This document shows positions 10,237 through 19,467 of a stretch of 64,000 nucleotides of DNA, one piece after another (within the stretch, counting starts at the first letter, position 1; the number at the start of each line of letters is the position of its first letter). The translations under genes and the position numbers were made by a program. The stretch is from NCBI GenBank assembly GCA_037127755.1, contig JBAXXT010000004.1, forward strand, positions 20,179 to 84,178. The letters are read 5' to 3'. This DNA is from Bacteroidota bacterium (GTDB lineage: Bacteria > Bacteroidota > Bacteroidia > Chitinophagales > Chitinophagaceae). The notes under the pieces were generated by a model. It was given only the letters and a program-made list of their open reading frames with translations. It did no database searches and was not told the DNA's origin.

Positions 10237-11155
10237 GTTGATTGCCGGATGTTACTTGTAAAAAATAATCTTCCAAAGAGTGCCTTGGTTGAAGTGATAA
10301 TAGTTGGATTTGCATGCTCGCAAGATCGGTATGTAAAGCAGGAATTTCTTTGCGATCCAATTTTATAACAATGTTGTTATTCCTCTGGCCTTGAACTTTA
10401 TCGGACCATTTGCTCAATTTCAATTGTTGCAAAGCAAATACATTATCCATTGTTTGCAATTCTACAATTGTTTGGGAAGGATCTAATAATTCAGACGCAT
10501 TACCTTCTACCAATTTCATACCCTTGTCGATAATTAAAACGCGAGTAGCAATCTGTTCTATTTCGCTCAATAGATGTGACGACACAATTACTGTTTTATT
10601 CATCTCGCGACTCAAGTGTAAAATTAAATTTCTGATATCGGCAATTCCCTGAGGGTCTAACCCATTAGTAGGTTCGTCAAGGATTATCAGTTTGGGATTA
10701 TGAACAAGTGCAATTCCAATACCTAATCTTTGCTTCATTCCCTGAGAGAATGTTTTCACTTTATCGGTTGCTCTTTGTGCCAGCCCCACCATTTCCAATT
10801 GATCCATCAATTGTAACCGGGTAGGTTTGATGCCACTTAGGCGAGCAAATAACTGCAGGTTATCATAGGCAGAGAGGTATTTGTATACATCAGGCTTTTC
10901 GATAACCGCACCAATATTGCGCAAAATTTCTCTGCGGTTTTTGGCCAAGTCCATTCCAAAAATTTCAATTTTCCCTGCAGTTGGTTCAATCAGCGTTAGC
11001 ATCATACGAATACTCGTACTCTTGCCAGCGCCATTCTGTCCAAGAAATCCATACACATCGCCTTCATTCACAGAAAAAGACAGATGATTAACGGCGATGA
11101 GGTTTTTAAACTGTTTAGTGAGGTCTGTTACTTTAACGATTTGTTGCATCTGCAT
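10214..11155 (-). CDS. ABC transporter ATP-binding protein (BcrA/CcmA-like)
   Basis: Walker A GQNGAGKS, signature FSQGMKQR, Walker B IILDE; TACTTTTG -7 element at 11165-11172 implies ATG 11155 or 11149. Confidence 0.95.
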   Translation of the reverse strand: MQMQQIVKVTDLTKQFKNLIAVNHLSFSVNEGDVYGFLGQNGAGKSTSIRMMLTLIEPTAGKIEIFGMDLAKNRREILRNIGAVIEKPDVYKYLSAYDNLQLFARLSGIKPTRLQLMDQLEMVGLAQRATDKVKTFSQGMKQRLGIGIALVHNPKLIILDEPTNGLDPQGIADIRNLILHLSREMNKTVIVSSHLLSEIEQIATRVLIIDKGMKLVEGNASELLDPSQTIVELQTMDNVFALQQLKLSKWSDKVQGQRNNNIVIKLDRKEIPALHTDLASMQIQLLSLQPRHSLEDYFLQVTSGNQHVDTYTN

Positions 11156-11310
11156 ATATAACCACAAAAGTAAAGAAGTGGTTCAAGGAAGGGCGATAAA
11201 TTATCGATTATTGCTCTGAAGTTAATTGTCTGGCAGAAAATTACCTACTCAAGAAAGAGTAATACAGAGTCAAAAAAAAGTACATCAATTGGGTGAGGAA
11301 CTTCAACAAA

Positions 11311-11775
11311 CTAAAGTTGTCCTGCCTTGATTCGAACATCATATTCGATTTCTTTGATACTTACAATTTTGAATCGGCTACTTTCTTTATGAAATGGATT
11401 TAATACATAATTAAATTCCTCCTCAATAATAGCAGAAGGCACTTTGAGAATGGGTGATGATAACGCTCTTAAAAATTCGGTGCCAATATTTTTAGTGGAT
11501 GATGGAGCAGGAATAGCTTTCCAGTCAGCAGGAAGTTCGCCTGTTTCAAGTTCCTTGATTAATTTTTCTGGAACTTCCAAACTGGTGATGCTTAATAAAT
11601 GCGTCATTTCCTCGATGCCAACATTCACAGAATATTCCAAAATGGCAAGGGCCCTGGTTGCAGATGCATATATGCAGGGTATGAGTTGATGATTCCACCT
11701 TCCCCCAAATAATCTGGCACCCTCCCCTGAAAGGTCATTGGCATGTTTGGTTTTACCGACACGGTATACGATCAT
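11311..11775 (-). CDS. RES-domain toxin
   Basis: YR, GARLFGGRWN, YAS...AILE and VPS...NYVLNP conserved RES blocks. Confidence 0.92.
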   Translation of the reverse strand: MIVYRVGKTKHANDLSGEGARLFGGRWNHQLIPCIYASATRALAILEYSVNVGIEEMTHLLSITSLEVPEKLIKELETGELPADWKAIPAPSSTKNIGTEFLRALSSPILKVPSAIIEEEFNYVLNPFHKESSRFKIVSIKEIEYDVRIKAGQL

Positions 11776-11785
11776 GGATTAAAAA

Positions 11786-12265
11786 TTAGGAATAAACACC
11801 ATAATCAATTCTTCCAATAATACTCATTACCTCTTCCCTACCAAATTGACTATCTAAAAGATCAAAAGGAGATTTTCCTCCTAATGCATTATTGGGGGAA
11901 TTAATCCAGGAATTGAATTGCGCTTTGCCTTCAAATACTTCAAAACCATAAGAGTATATTTCTGCCAACCCAATAATTCTCTCGCTCAATGATGCATTGA
12001 ATTTTTCGGCAGGTTTTTTATTGATCAAAGTTGCACGCGTAACGGATAAGGTTTTTGCCAATTTATCGTAATCAAGTGATGATTTCTCTTTTAGGCTTAC
12101 TAAATCTTTTTTAGTTACCCCTGATTTAGAAATGTTCATTTTTTCTATTGGCGTCATCTTGCTTTCTGGCTTTACTCCAGAGTCTAAAATAATCAGAGAA
12201 TTTGCTAGAGAAGGGCTGGCTTTTTTGCTTTTTTTCTTTACTATTTGGGAAGATTGAAATTCCAT
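11786..12265 (-). CDS. Xre/MbcA/ParS-type antitoxin
   Basis: HTH region followed by SERI...W...PN.ALGGKSPFDLLDSQFGREEV..IIGRIDYGVYS C-terminal toxin-binding domain; 10 nt upstream of the RES gene. Confidence 0.92.
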   Translation of the reverse strand: MEFQSSQIVKKKSKKASPSLANSLIILDSGVKPESKMTPIEKMNISKSGVTKKDLVSLKEKSSLDYDKLAKTLSVTRATLINKKPAEKFNASLSERIIGLAEIYSYGFEVFEGKAQFNSWINSPNNALGGKSPFDLLDSQFGREEVMSIIGRIDYGVYS

Positions 12266-12267
12266 AA

Positions 12268-12305
12268 AGTATATATTTACACCATAGTTAGTATAAATTT
12301 ATACT
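12268..12305. promoter_or_regulatory. Putative TA operator repeats
   Basis: Perfect palindrome AGTATAAATTTATACT (12290-12305) and degenerate copy AGTATATATTTACAC (12268-12282) just upstream of the antitoxin ATG. Confidence 0.55.
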
Positions 12306-12379
12306 TTTATTATTACCCCGGCAAATAAAAATTTGTAAGAACACTCTCTTCCTCAAATAGACTAATTCAGGTTGATTGA

Positions 12380-12664
12380 TTACACTTTTAGATACACCTG
12401 TAAAGCTTTCACATAATTTTCAAAAGCTTCAATTCCTTTGGCTGTGATTTTACAAGTAGTTTGAGGGTAGTTGTCTTTGAATTGTTTATTAACATCGATA
12501 TACCCAACTTCTTTCAGTTTTTGAACCTGTACACTTAGGTTGCCAGCAGTGGAATTCGTCTTTTCTTTAATAAAAGTAAACTCCGCCTCCTTTACACTTA
12601 TTAATAAACTCATCACTGCTAACCGTAATTGAGAATGTAATATGGGATCTAGCTCCTTATACAT
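12380..12664 (-). CDS. Winged-helix transcriptional regulator (HTH_34, MarR/ArsR-like)
   Basis: LDPILHSQLRLAVMSLL, TAGNLSVQVQKLKEVGYI and ITAKGIEAF motifs; ATG overlaps the upstream stop by 8 nt. Confidence 0.88.
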   Translation of the reverse strand: MYKELDPILHSQLRLAVMSLLISVKEAEFTFIKEKTNSTAGNLSVQVQKLKEVGYIDVNKQFKDNYPQTTCKITAKGIEAFENYVKALQVYLKV

Positions 12665-13343
12665 TCGCACGCTTTTGTTTTAAATACTTCGCTCTTAAAA
12701 TGATGCCTGGGAAGAACCAGCAAACAAGTGCTGCAATCGCCCCCAATAAAAAATCGTATTTAGTTTCAGTAAAACAAGAAGCCATAAAAAGTAAGTAAGC
12801 AATAATGGCTCCAATGGTCATTGGCCAAAATTTCTTTACAATTCCTGTTACCAAGGTAGGGAACCCATAAATCAAAATATACAAGGAATAAATACTTGGG
12901 GTAAATGGTTTGATTAATTCGTCGGGTTTACTATTATTAATATCATGTTTGATTAATTGCCAACCATTTAAATGCATTATTTGCTCAGAAGCATTGGGAA
13001 CAACAGATTGAAAAAAACTTAGTCCAAAAATAGTTATTGCATAAACTAACCAAACTGCGTTTAGCGCAGCGTCTTCATGACGTTTGATCTTCTGAGTCTT
13101 TGCATCTTGATTAATCAAAATAATCTGTGGTATAATTGCACCCATTACAATCCACCAAATATCAAAAGGGAGGCTAAAATTAAATTGCAATTGTAAATAG
13201 CTTATAAAAGAAGCAATTGCAACAACTGTTCCCCATAAAAGTGGACCAACCCCCTTATCATGATAACTATTTTTCACTTTTTGAATCATATCAGTGATGA
13301 GCTGCAAACTCTCTTTCTCTGATAGTTGTTTTTCGTTGGGCAT
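12657..13343 (-). CDS. Integral membrane protein translationally coupled to the HTH regulator
   Basis: About 6 hydrophobic segments; N-terminal ESLQLITDMIQKVK typical of membrane partners of HTH_34 regulators. Confidence 0.75.
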   Translation of the reverse strand: MPNEKQLSEKESLQLITDMIQKVKNSYHDKGVGPLLWGTVVAIASFISYLQLQFNFSLPFDIWWIVMGAIIPQIILINQDAKTQKIKRHEDAALNAVWLVYAITIFGLSFFQSVVPNASEQIMHLNGWQLIKHDINNSKPDELIKPFTPSIYSLYILIYGFPTLVTGIVKKFWPMTIGAIIAYLLFMASCFTETKYDFLLGAIAALVCWFFPGIILRAKYLKQKRANV

Positions 13344-13381
13344 ATCTTAAAAATTTGATTTGACCTATCCGCTACAAATAT

Positions 13382-13394
13382 GCTGATTATCAGC
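13382..13394. promoter_or_regulatory. Inverted repeat next to a -7-like element; putative operator
   Basis: GCTGAT-T-ATCAGC adjacent to minus-strand CATATTTG (13375-13382). Confidence 0.4.
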
Positions 13395-13423
13395 TACTAA
13401 TGAATATTTTTGGTCTATCTATT

Positions 13424-14095
13424 TTACACAGACTTTGCACTTTTCTTAGGTGCAAATTTTATTAAATAATAAGTGATCAATCCAGAACCAATCAATGTGG
13501 GTAATAACCATAAAACCCATGCAGGTTGCATCTTCACATTCACAACCAAGAATGCTGTATAAGAAGCAATCATCGCACCCATCATTCTGGTGATATGATT
13601 GGGCATCCAAATTTCTTTGAGCGAGATTTTTTGAAAAAGCATATTAAAATCCATTCTGGCATAGTTCATACAGATGAGACCGAAAGCGCCAGGAACCAAC
13701 CCGAAATTATTACCTTCAAATAAATTTACAATTGCCAAGTACACCAGAAATAATCCAAAGCAAAAACCAAAAAGACTGATCAAATAATCTAGTGCTTTAA
13801 AACTGGCTGCATTTGATTTGAATTGTTTTTTCAGGTAAATAATTCGATATCCACTACTGATCATATAAAGTGTGAATCCGCCCACTGCAAATAAAAATAT
13901 ATTATGATGTTCTGGCAAATTACTTAGAACGAGTGCTGCAATTGAAGCCACTAACATGCCCCAAAAAAAAATCTTACCTGCTACCTTATGAAGCTTACTT
14001 CCTTTTTTGACAGCAATAGAAATGGTACCGCAAAATAATCCTGCGAAGCCGCCAGCAATATGCAATCCTAACAATGTTTGAAATAATGTGGGCAT
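13424..14095 (-). CDS. DUF2306-like membrane protein
   Basis: LHIAGG, KKGSKLHKVAGKIF and HITRMMGAMIASYTAF motifs; multi-TM. Confidence 0.8.
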   Translation of the reverse strand: MPTLFQTLLGLHIAGGFAGLFCGTISIAVKKGSKLHKVAGKIFFWGMLVASIAALVLSNLPEHHNIFLFAVGGFTLYMISSGYRIIYLKKQFKSNAASFKALDYLISLFGFCFGLFLVYLAIVNLFEGNNFGLVPGAFGLICMNYARMDFNMLFQKISLKEIWMPNHITRMMGAMIASYTAFLVVNVKMQPAWVLWLLPTLIGSGLITYYLIKFAPKKSAKSV

Positions 14096-14154
14096 GAAAT
14101 GTGATTAAAAATTAAAGCGTTGTATCTGTTTGAAGCGACGCTTTTTTAATTGGA

Positions 14155-14784
14155 TTATTGACACTGAGCTAATAATTTTTCTGCCTGATCAGCGCCCCAA
14201 CTTGGATGCATTTCTGAAGCTGGCTTAAATGTTTTAAATAATTCAAGTGATTTTGTAAATAGTTTTTTACCTACTTCTTTTCCGCCACCAAAAGCATCAG
14301 GTACATTCATTTTATATTGGCCATCTACTAAATAAATTCTAGGATTGTTTGGGTCAGCCTGTATTGCTTTGTCCAAAGCTTCATTCGCCTGAGCTCCATA
14401 AGTTTGGAAACGAGACATGGGATCAACTGTTAATTGTTGAACTGCAATCATTTGACGTAGGATGTACAATTCTGAATTATTTTTCTCTAACACTTCCGCT
14501 TTTACTACTAATGCTTTTGCTTTTTCTCCCACGGCATCTTTGTCTGCACTGGGGTTCATCCATCCTGTTAAATAATTACAATAAGCTGCATAATAATAAG
14601 GTAACCATTTGTCTTGTTCTGCATCTGCAATTCTTTCAAAAAATGCAGCGGTAGCTGTCATGTCTTCTGCTGTTTTAACAGCTTTCATTTGTTCAAATGC
14701 TTTTCCCATACCTGCTTCGTATTTAGATTGTGCAGAAACAATTCCAACAATCAGCATCATGGCACCAAATAGTAAATTTTTCAT
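14155..14784 (-). CDS. Secreted all-helical (TPR-like) hypothetical protein
   Basis: Signal peptide (VSA-Q); FERIADAE..KWLPYYYAAY, DPNNPR and terminal PSWG motifs. Confidence 0.75.
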   Translation of the reverse strand: MKNLLFGAMMLIVGIVSAQSKYEAGMGKAFEQMKAVKTAEDMTATAAFFERIADAEQDKWLPYYYAAYCNYLTGWMNPSADKDAVGEKAKALVVKAEVLEKNNSELYILRQMIAVQQLTVDPMSRFQTYGAQANEALDKAIQADPNNPRIYLVDGQYKMNVPDAFGGGKEVGKKLFTKSLELFKTFKPASEMHPSWGADQAEKLLAQCQ

Positions 14785-14827
14785 GTTTGTTTTGTTTATT
14801 TTTTAATCTGTTTTAATTTTCATGTTA

Positions 14828-14893
14828 TTTCCCACCCCGTCTGTTCGCTCAGTCGCTCCAGCCACCCCTCCCACGCATGCGTGGGAGGGGAAA
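14828..14893. repeat. GC-rich REP-like palindromic element
   Basis: 26-bp perfect palindrome CCCCTCCCACGCATGCGTGGGAGGGG (14865-14890) inside a GC-rich block bounded by TTTCCC...GGGAAA. Confidence 0.7.
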
Positions 14894-14916
14894 CCTTTTT
14901 TTTCAAAACTTATTTT

Positions 14917-14955
14917 TCTTCACTCTTCATTCTTATCTCTTCCTCTTATCTCTTA
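14917..14955. repeat. Degenerate heptamer tandem repeat
   Basis: TCTTCAC TCTTCAT TCTTATC TCTTCC TCTTATC TCTTA. Confidence 0.6.
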
Positions 14956-17166
14956 AAGGTTATTATTAATCGCATCCTGTCTCCTATCTACTCCCCAACT
15001 CAGGAAGACACCTAAAAAAAAGAATCTTGGCGTAACTGGTGTGATGGCTTCTTTATAAGAACCATTATTTGAATAATTATATCCAAACACTTGATTGCTT
15101 CCAAGCACATTCGTTACAGATGCCACCACCACTGCGTATGATTTAAAGATATTCGTGAGCCAGTTCAAACTAAAACCCAGGTTATGATAATCAATCGTTT
15201 TACCTTGATCAGCAATGGAATATTTTACTGTGTTGGAATTATAACGGATATCGTAATAAGGTCTACCAGTTGCATAAGTATAAGTAAAATTGAACCCTGT
15301 GTTGATTTTACTATAAAACTTTTTCAATACAAAACTGGCAGTATGATTTGCTGCAAAATTGGGTTGCAAAGGTTGTGGATAGTTTAGATAATCTCTTTTG
15401 GTATCGAGATAAGAATAACTGATCCAGTAATCCATGCCCTTGATTGTTTTTTTGTCTCTCCAGAAAAGCTCAATTCCTTTAGCATCTCCAGTTCCAGCAT
15501 TGTTATAGGCAGGAAATGTTTTAACCAGATCAGTATATTTTTTATAAAATGCTTCCACACGAAAAGTTTGTAGCGTAGTAACTTTCATATAATTTATAAT
15601 ATAGTGCGTAGCTTTTGTATAACCTAATTGAGTGGTATATATTAATTGATTGTTTTCTGGTTTCTGATAAAAGTCGCCATAGGCCATAGACATTTGTGCC
15701 CCGTTACCCAGTTTATAAGCGAGTGAGATTCTTGGTGCAACATTCATTTTATTCAATAATGATGATTGTTCTAATCGAACTCCTGTTTTTAATGCTAAGG
15801 CATTGGTTATGTATAGGTCTGCTTCTGCAAAAGAAGCAAGAAAATTATCTTTTAATAAAGAGTTCAATCCGTTATAGATGCTTTTATTGTAGGCATACAT
15901 ATACTCACTACCAAAACGAATCACACTGATTCCTGAGATTCTTTTATCAAACACTAATTTAATTTGTGATAGGTCTGATTTATTTTCTAAAACAAAATTC
16001 TTTGTATCAATATAGGAAATACCTGTTGTAATATTCTGATTCTGCTGATTCTGAATATTTTGATTGATTTCATTATGATCAGTGCTATAACTCAATCCCA
16101 GATTCATTTTCCAGCCATTTCCTAGATGCTCTCTCCAACTCAAATTATTATACCAGTTATAGTTGGTTAAACTAAAAGCATCTTTTAATAATAAGCTATC
16201 GATATCTGGCCTACGAAGGCCCAATTGATTATGACTAAATGTGGTATAATATTTTATTATGCCACCGGATTTAGTTTTGATGCGAAAGTTAGCATCAGCA
16301 GAATGAAATTCTGGGATTCTAAAATAGTCAACCCCCTGTTTCACAATTTGAAAATAAGGCCACACATTAGTATATCCATAATTAAAGCCCCAGGATGACT
16401 TTTTGTTTTTTGCAAGTTCCTGTAAACCCAATCCCACAAATACAGTACTAATGGAAGCATTTACTTGTGATTGATCCGGGAGATCAATCGATTCTAAAAT
16501 CACTGCTGAAGAAAGTGCCTGACCATATAAAGCAGAATAACCTCCTGTGCTAAAAACTGTTCCTTTAAAAAGGTTAGGGGAAAATCTTCCACGTTGTGCG
16601 ATATCTGGAACACTGCTATAATATGGGTTGTTTACCAGTGTACCATCGATGAATTGTTTGGCTTCATAACCTGCACCTCCTCGAACAAACAATCCTTCCT
16701 GATCGCCTACCTGTTGCGCTCCAGGTAATGTTTTTAAAACAGATGTAATATCAGCATTAGCCCCACCGGTTGTTAATACATCCAAAGTATTTAAAACTGT
16801 TGCAGCTCTTTTTTTGTCGCCTGCTTCAAAACTACCAGCCGTAACTGTTACAGCTTTTAATTCGCTCACTTCTTCCTTTAATGCAAAATTAATTTCAATG
16901 GGTTCCCCTTTTAATTCTATGATTTGTTCAACCGTTTTGAATCCAATATTGCTGACTACAATGGTCTGAGTTCCTTTTTCAAAGCTTTTAAAGTTGAAAT
17001 GACTTGCTGAATCACTTACCGAACCATCGTATGAACCTTTAACCTGAATGCTCGCCCCTGCAACAATATGACTTTTCATATCCCTCACGGTGCCACTGAT
17101 CTTGGTTTGCGCTTTTGCTGCCAAAACAAACAATAAAGAACTTAGAAGTATGACTAAATATTTCAT
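14953..17166 (-). CDS. TonB-dependent receptor with N-terminal carboxypeptidase-regulatory-like domain
   Basis: Signal peptide, ISGTV...GASI domain, plug motif LKTLPG...GLFVRGG, beta-barrel with alternating residues. Confidence 0.92.
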   Translation of the reverse strand: MKYLVILLSSLLFVLAAKAQTKISGTVRDMKSHIVAGASIQVKGSYDGSVSDSASHFNFKSFEKGTQTIVVSNIGFKTVEQIIELKGEPIEINFALKEEVSELKAVTVTAGSFEAGDKKRAATVLNTLDVLTTGGANADITSVLKTLPGAQQVGDQEGLFVRGGAGYEAKQFIDGTLVNNPYYSSVPDIAQRGRFSPNLFKGTVFSTGGYSALYGQALSSAVILESIDLPDQSQVNASISTVFVGLGLQELAKNKKSSWGFNYGYTNVWPYFQIVKQGVDYFRIPEFHSADANFRIKTKSGGIIKYYTTFSHNQLGLRRPDIDSLLLKDAFSLTNYNWYNNLSWREHLGNGWKMNLGLSYSTDHNEINQNIQNQQNQNITTGISYIDTKNFVLENKSDLSQIKLVFDKRISGISVIRFGSEYMYAYNKSIYNGLNSLLKDNFLASFAEADLYITNALALKTGVRLEQSSLLNKMNVAPRISLAYKLGNGAQMSMAYGDFYQKPENNQLIYTTQLGYTKATHYIINYMKVTTLQTFRVEAFYKKYTDLVKTFPAYNNAGTGDAKGIELFWRDKKTIKGMDYWISYSYLDTKRDYLNYPQPLQPNFAANHTASFVLKKFYSKINTGFNFTYTYATGRPYYDIRYNSNTVKYSIADQGKTIDYHNLGFSLNWLTNIFKSYAVVVASVTNVLGSNQVFGYNYSNNGSYKEAITPVTPRFFFLGVFLSWGVDRRQDAINNNL

Positions 17167-17185
17167 TTTTGTGATTAATTCATCA

Positions 17186-17217
17186 CAAACATAAAGTAGT
17201 TTATTTTATAAACCAAA
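17186..17217 (-). promoter_or_regulatory. Consensus Bacteroidota promoter of the TBDR cluster
   Basis: -7 TATGTTTG (17186-17193), -33 TTTG (17214-17217), 20-nt spacer. Confidence 0.7.
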
Positions 17218-17227
17218 ATAATTTAAT

Positions 17228-17258
17228 AAAAAAACGGTCCTGATTGCTCGGGACCGTT
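17228..17258 (-). terminator. Intrinsic terminator after atpA
   Basis: AACGGTCC/GGACCGTT stem followed by a T-run on the minus strand. Confidence 0.8.
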
Positions 17259-17282
17259 CACTATCAAAATTTGAATAATTGA

Positions 17283-18860
17283 TTATTTATACTGAGGCAT
17301 GATAGATTTAGCCAGTTCAGTCAATTTTGCCAAACTAGCATCATTTAACTGTCCTTTCTTAAATTCAGCCAATACATCAGGTAATTTATTGGCCATTTCA
17401 GTTAAGAAATGTGCTTCAAATTCCTTCACATTTTTTACTGCTACTTCGCGCAATAAACCTTGTGTACCTAAGTATATAATAGCAACCTGATTTTCTACAC
17501 TCATCGGTGAATACTGCAATTGCTTCAGGATTTCCACATTACGTGCACCCTTGTCGATTACAGACTTGGTAGCAGCATCTAAGTCGCCCCCAAATTTTGA
17601 GAAGGCTTCCAACTCACGGTAAAGTGCCTGATCCAATTTCAGAGTACCTGCCACTTTCTTCATGGATTTGATCTGTGCATTACCTCCCACACGACTTACA
17701 GAAATACCTACGTTGATCGCTGGACGAATACCTGCGTTGAACAAGTTACCTTCCAAAAAGATCTGACCATCGGTAATGGAGATTACGTTGGTAGGAATAT
17801 ATGCAGATACGTCACCCGCTTGTGTTTCAATAATTGGCAATGCAGTTAATGATCCGCCACCTTTTACCAAATGTCTGATTGACTCTGGCAAATCGTTCAT
17901 GTTTTTAGCTACATCATCATTCGCAATAACTTTTGCAGCTCTTTCTAATAAACGGCTATGCAGATAGAATACATCACCAGGATATGCCTCACGTCCTGGA
18001 GGTCTTCTTAACAACAAAGAAACTTCACGATACGCAACCGCTTGTTTACTTAAGTCATCAAATACAATCAATGCTGGTCTACCAGTATCACGGAAAAATT
18101 CTCCAATTGCTGCACCAGCAAATGGCGCGTAGAACTGCAATGGAGCAGGATCGGATGCAGAAGCACATACAATTGTTGAATAAGCCATCGCACCACTATC
18201 AGTCAAAGTTTTCATCACACCAGCAACGGTAGATGCTTTTTGTCCGATCGCAACATATATACAATATACAGGCTTGCCCGCATCGAAGAATTCTTTCTGA
18301 TTAATGATGGTATCCACACAGATGGCAGTTTTACCAGTCTGACGGTCACCAATCACCAACTCACGCTGACCACGTCCAATTGGAATCATGGCATCGATAG
18401 CTTTGATACCAGTTTGTAATGGTTCCTTAACTGGCTCACGAAAGATAACACCCGGTGCTTTACGCTCCAATGGCATTTCATATAATTCGCCAGTGATTGG
18501 ACCCTTACCATCGATTGGTTCACCCAAGGTATTGATCACACGACCAACCAGGCCTTCCCCCACTTTAATAGAGGCGATCTGTCCGGTTCTTTTTACTTTA
18601 GCACCTTCCTTGATGTCTCCGCTTTCTCCCATCAATACCACACCTACATTGTCTTCTTCCAGGTTCAATGCAATAGCTTTTACGCCATTTTCAAACACTA
18701 CTAGTTCACCACTGCGCACACCGTTAAGGCCATACACACGGGCAATACCATCTCCTACCTGTAATACGGTTCCTACTTCTTCCAGATCAGCACTTACATT
18801 AAAGTTGCTTAACTGTTGTCTGAGGATCGCGGATATTTCATCGGGCTTAATGTCAACCAT
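17283..18860 (-). CDS. atpA: F1F0 ATP synthase subunit alpha
   Basis: GDRQTGKT Walker A and [25 protein letters not shown]. Confidence 0.99.
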   Translation of the reverse strand: MVDIKPDEISAILRQQLSNFNVSADLEEVGTVLQVGDGIARVYGLNGVRSGELVVFENGVKAIALNLEEDNVGVVLMGESGDIKEGAKVKRTGQIASIKVGEGLVGRVINTLGEPIDGKGPITGELYEMPLERKAPGVIFREPVKEPLQTGIKAIDAMIPIGRGQRELVIGDRQTGKTAICVDTIINQKEFFDAGKPVYCIYVAIGQKASTVAGVMKTLTDSGAMAYSTIVCASASDPAPLQFYAPFAGAAIGEFFRDTGRPALIVFDDLSKQAVAYREVSLLLRRPPGREAYPGDVFYLHSRLLERAAKVIANDDVAKNMNDLPESIRHLVKGGGSLTALPIIETQAGDVSAYIPTNVISITDGQIFLEGNLFNAGIRPAINVGISVSRVGGNAQIKSMKKVAGTLKLDQALYRELEAFSKFGGDLDAATKSVIDKGARNVEILKQLQYSPMSVENQVAIIYLGTQGLLREVAVKNVKEFEAHFLTEMANKLPDVLAEFKKGQLNDASLAKLTELAKSIMPQYK

Positions 18861-18905
18861 GATTATCTACTTTTAAAAATTATCGTTATTGATTTGTATT
18901 ATTAT

Positions 18906-19466
18906 TTAGATTTTTTCTACGAAATGATTCTCCAAGAATTGTTGTTTGATTACTTTCAAATCATGCAGAATACTTGCATCTACCAATTTATTGTCGAACT
19001 CCAAAACAAAACCACCAATCAGTTTTTCATCTACACTTGTTTCTAATTCAATGGTAGGGAAACCCTGTGCCTTGCTAATTCTTGATTCAATTGCTTCTTT
19101 TAATTCTGCAGTTAATTCAGTTGCAGTAGCTAACTTAACTACATGAATTCCTTTCATCTCATTATACTGTTCCACAAATGCAACAGCGATTTCTGGTAAA
19201 TCTCCTTCACGGCCTTTTCTTACCAATAGGGTACTGAAGGCTGTAGTTAATTCGCTTATCTTTCCTTTTGTCAACGCAAGTAAAATCGCATTTTTCTGAT
19301 CGTTACGAACAATCGGACTGCGCATTAACGTTACAAACTCTTTGCTCAGCTTGCACAGTTCTTGCAGGTATTTCATATCAGCATATACAGCTTCTAACTG
19401 ACCCTTCTCGATGGATAGATCAATTATACTTTTTGCGTATCTGCCTGCTAAACGTGGATTGGGCAT
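18906..19466 (-). CDS. atpH: ATP synthase subunit delta
   Basis: LAGRYAKS and VDEKLIGGF..E...KLVDAS motifs; operon position. Confidence 0.95.
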   Translation of the reverse strand: MPNPRLAGRYAKSIIDLSIEKGQLEAVYADMKYLQELCKLSKEFVTLMRSPIVRNDQKNAILLALTKGKISELTTAFSTLLVRKGREGDLPEIAVAFVEQYNEMKGIHVVKLATATELTAELKEAIESRISKAQGFPTIELETSVDEKLIGGFVLEFDNKLVDASILHDLKVIKQQFLENHFVEKI

Positions 19467-19467
19467 C

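Noticed and set aside
11168-12379. Mobile element carrying the RES-Xre pair
   Set aside because: No transposase, integrase, tRNA target or flanking direct repeats seen
13963-13971. T9 run in the DUF2306 coding strand as a phase-variation site
   Set aside because: Encodes ordinary IFFW in AT-rich DNA; the ORF is intact and there is no supporting context
18388-18876. 162-aa antisense ORF, and similar shadow ORFs over pheT, dnaB, gldM and others
   Set aside because: They lie fully opposite conserved genes and show no recognisable motifs; expected from codon bias
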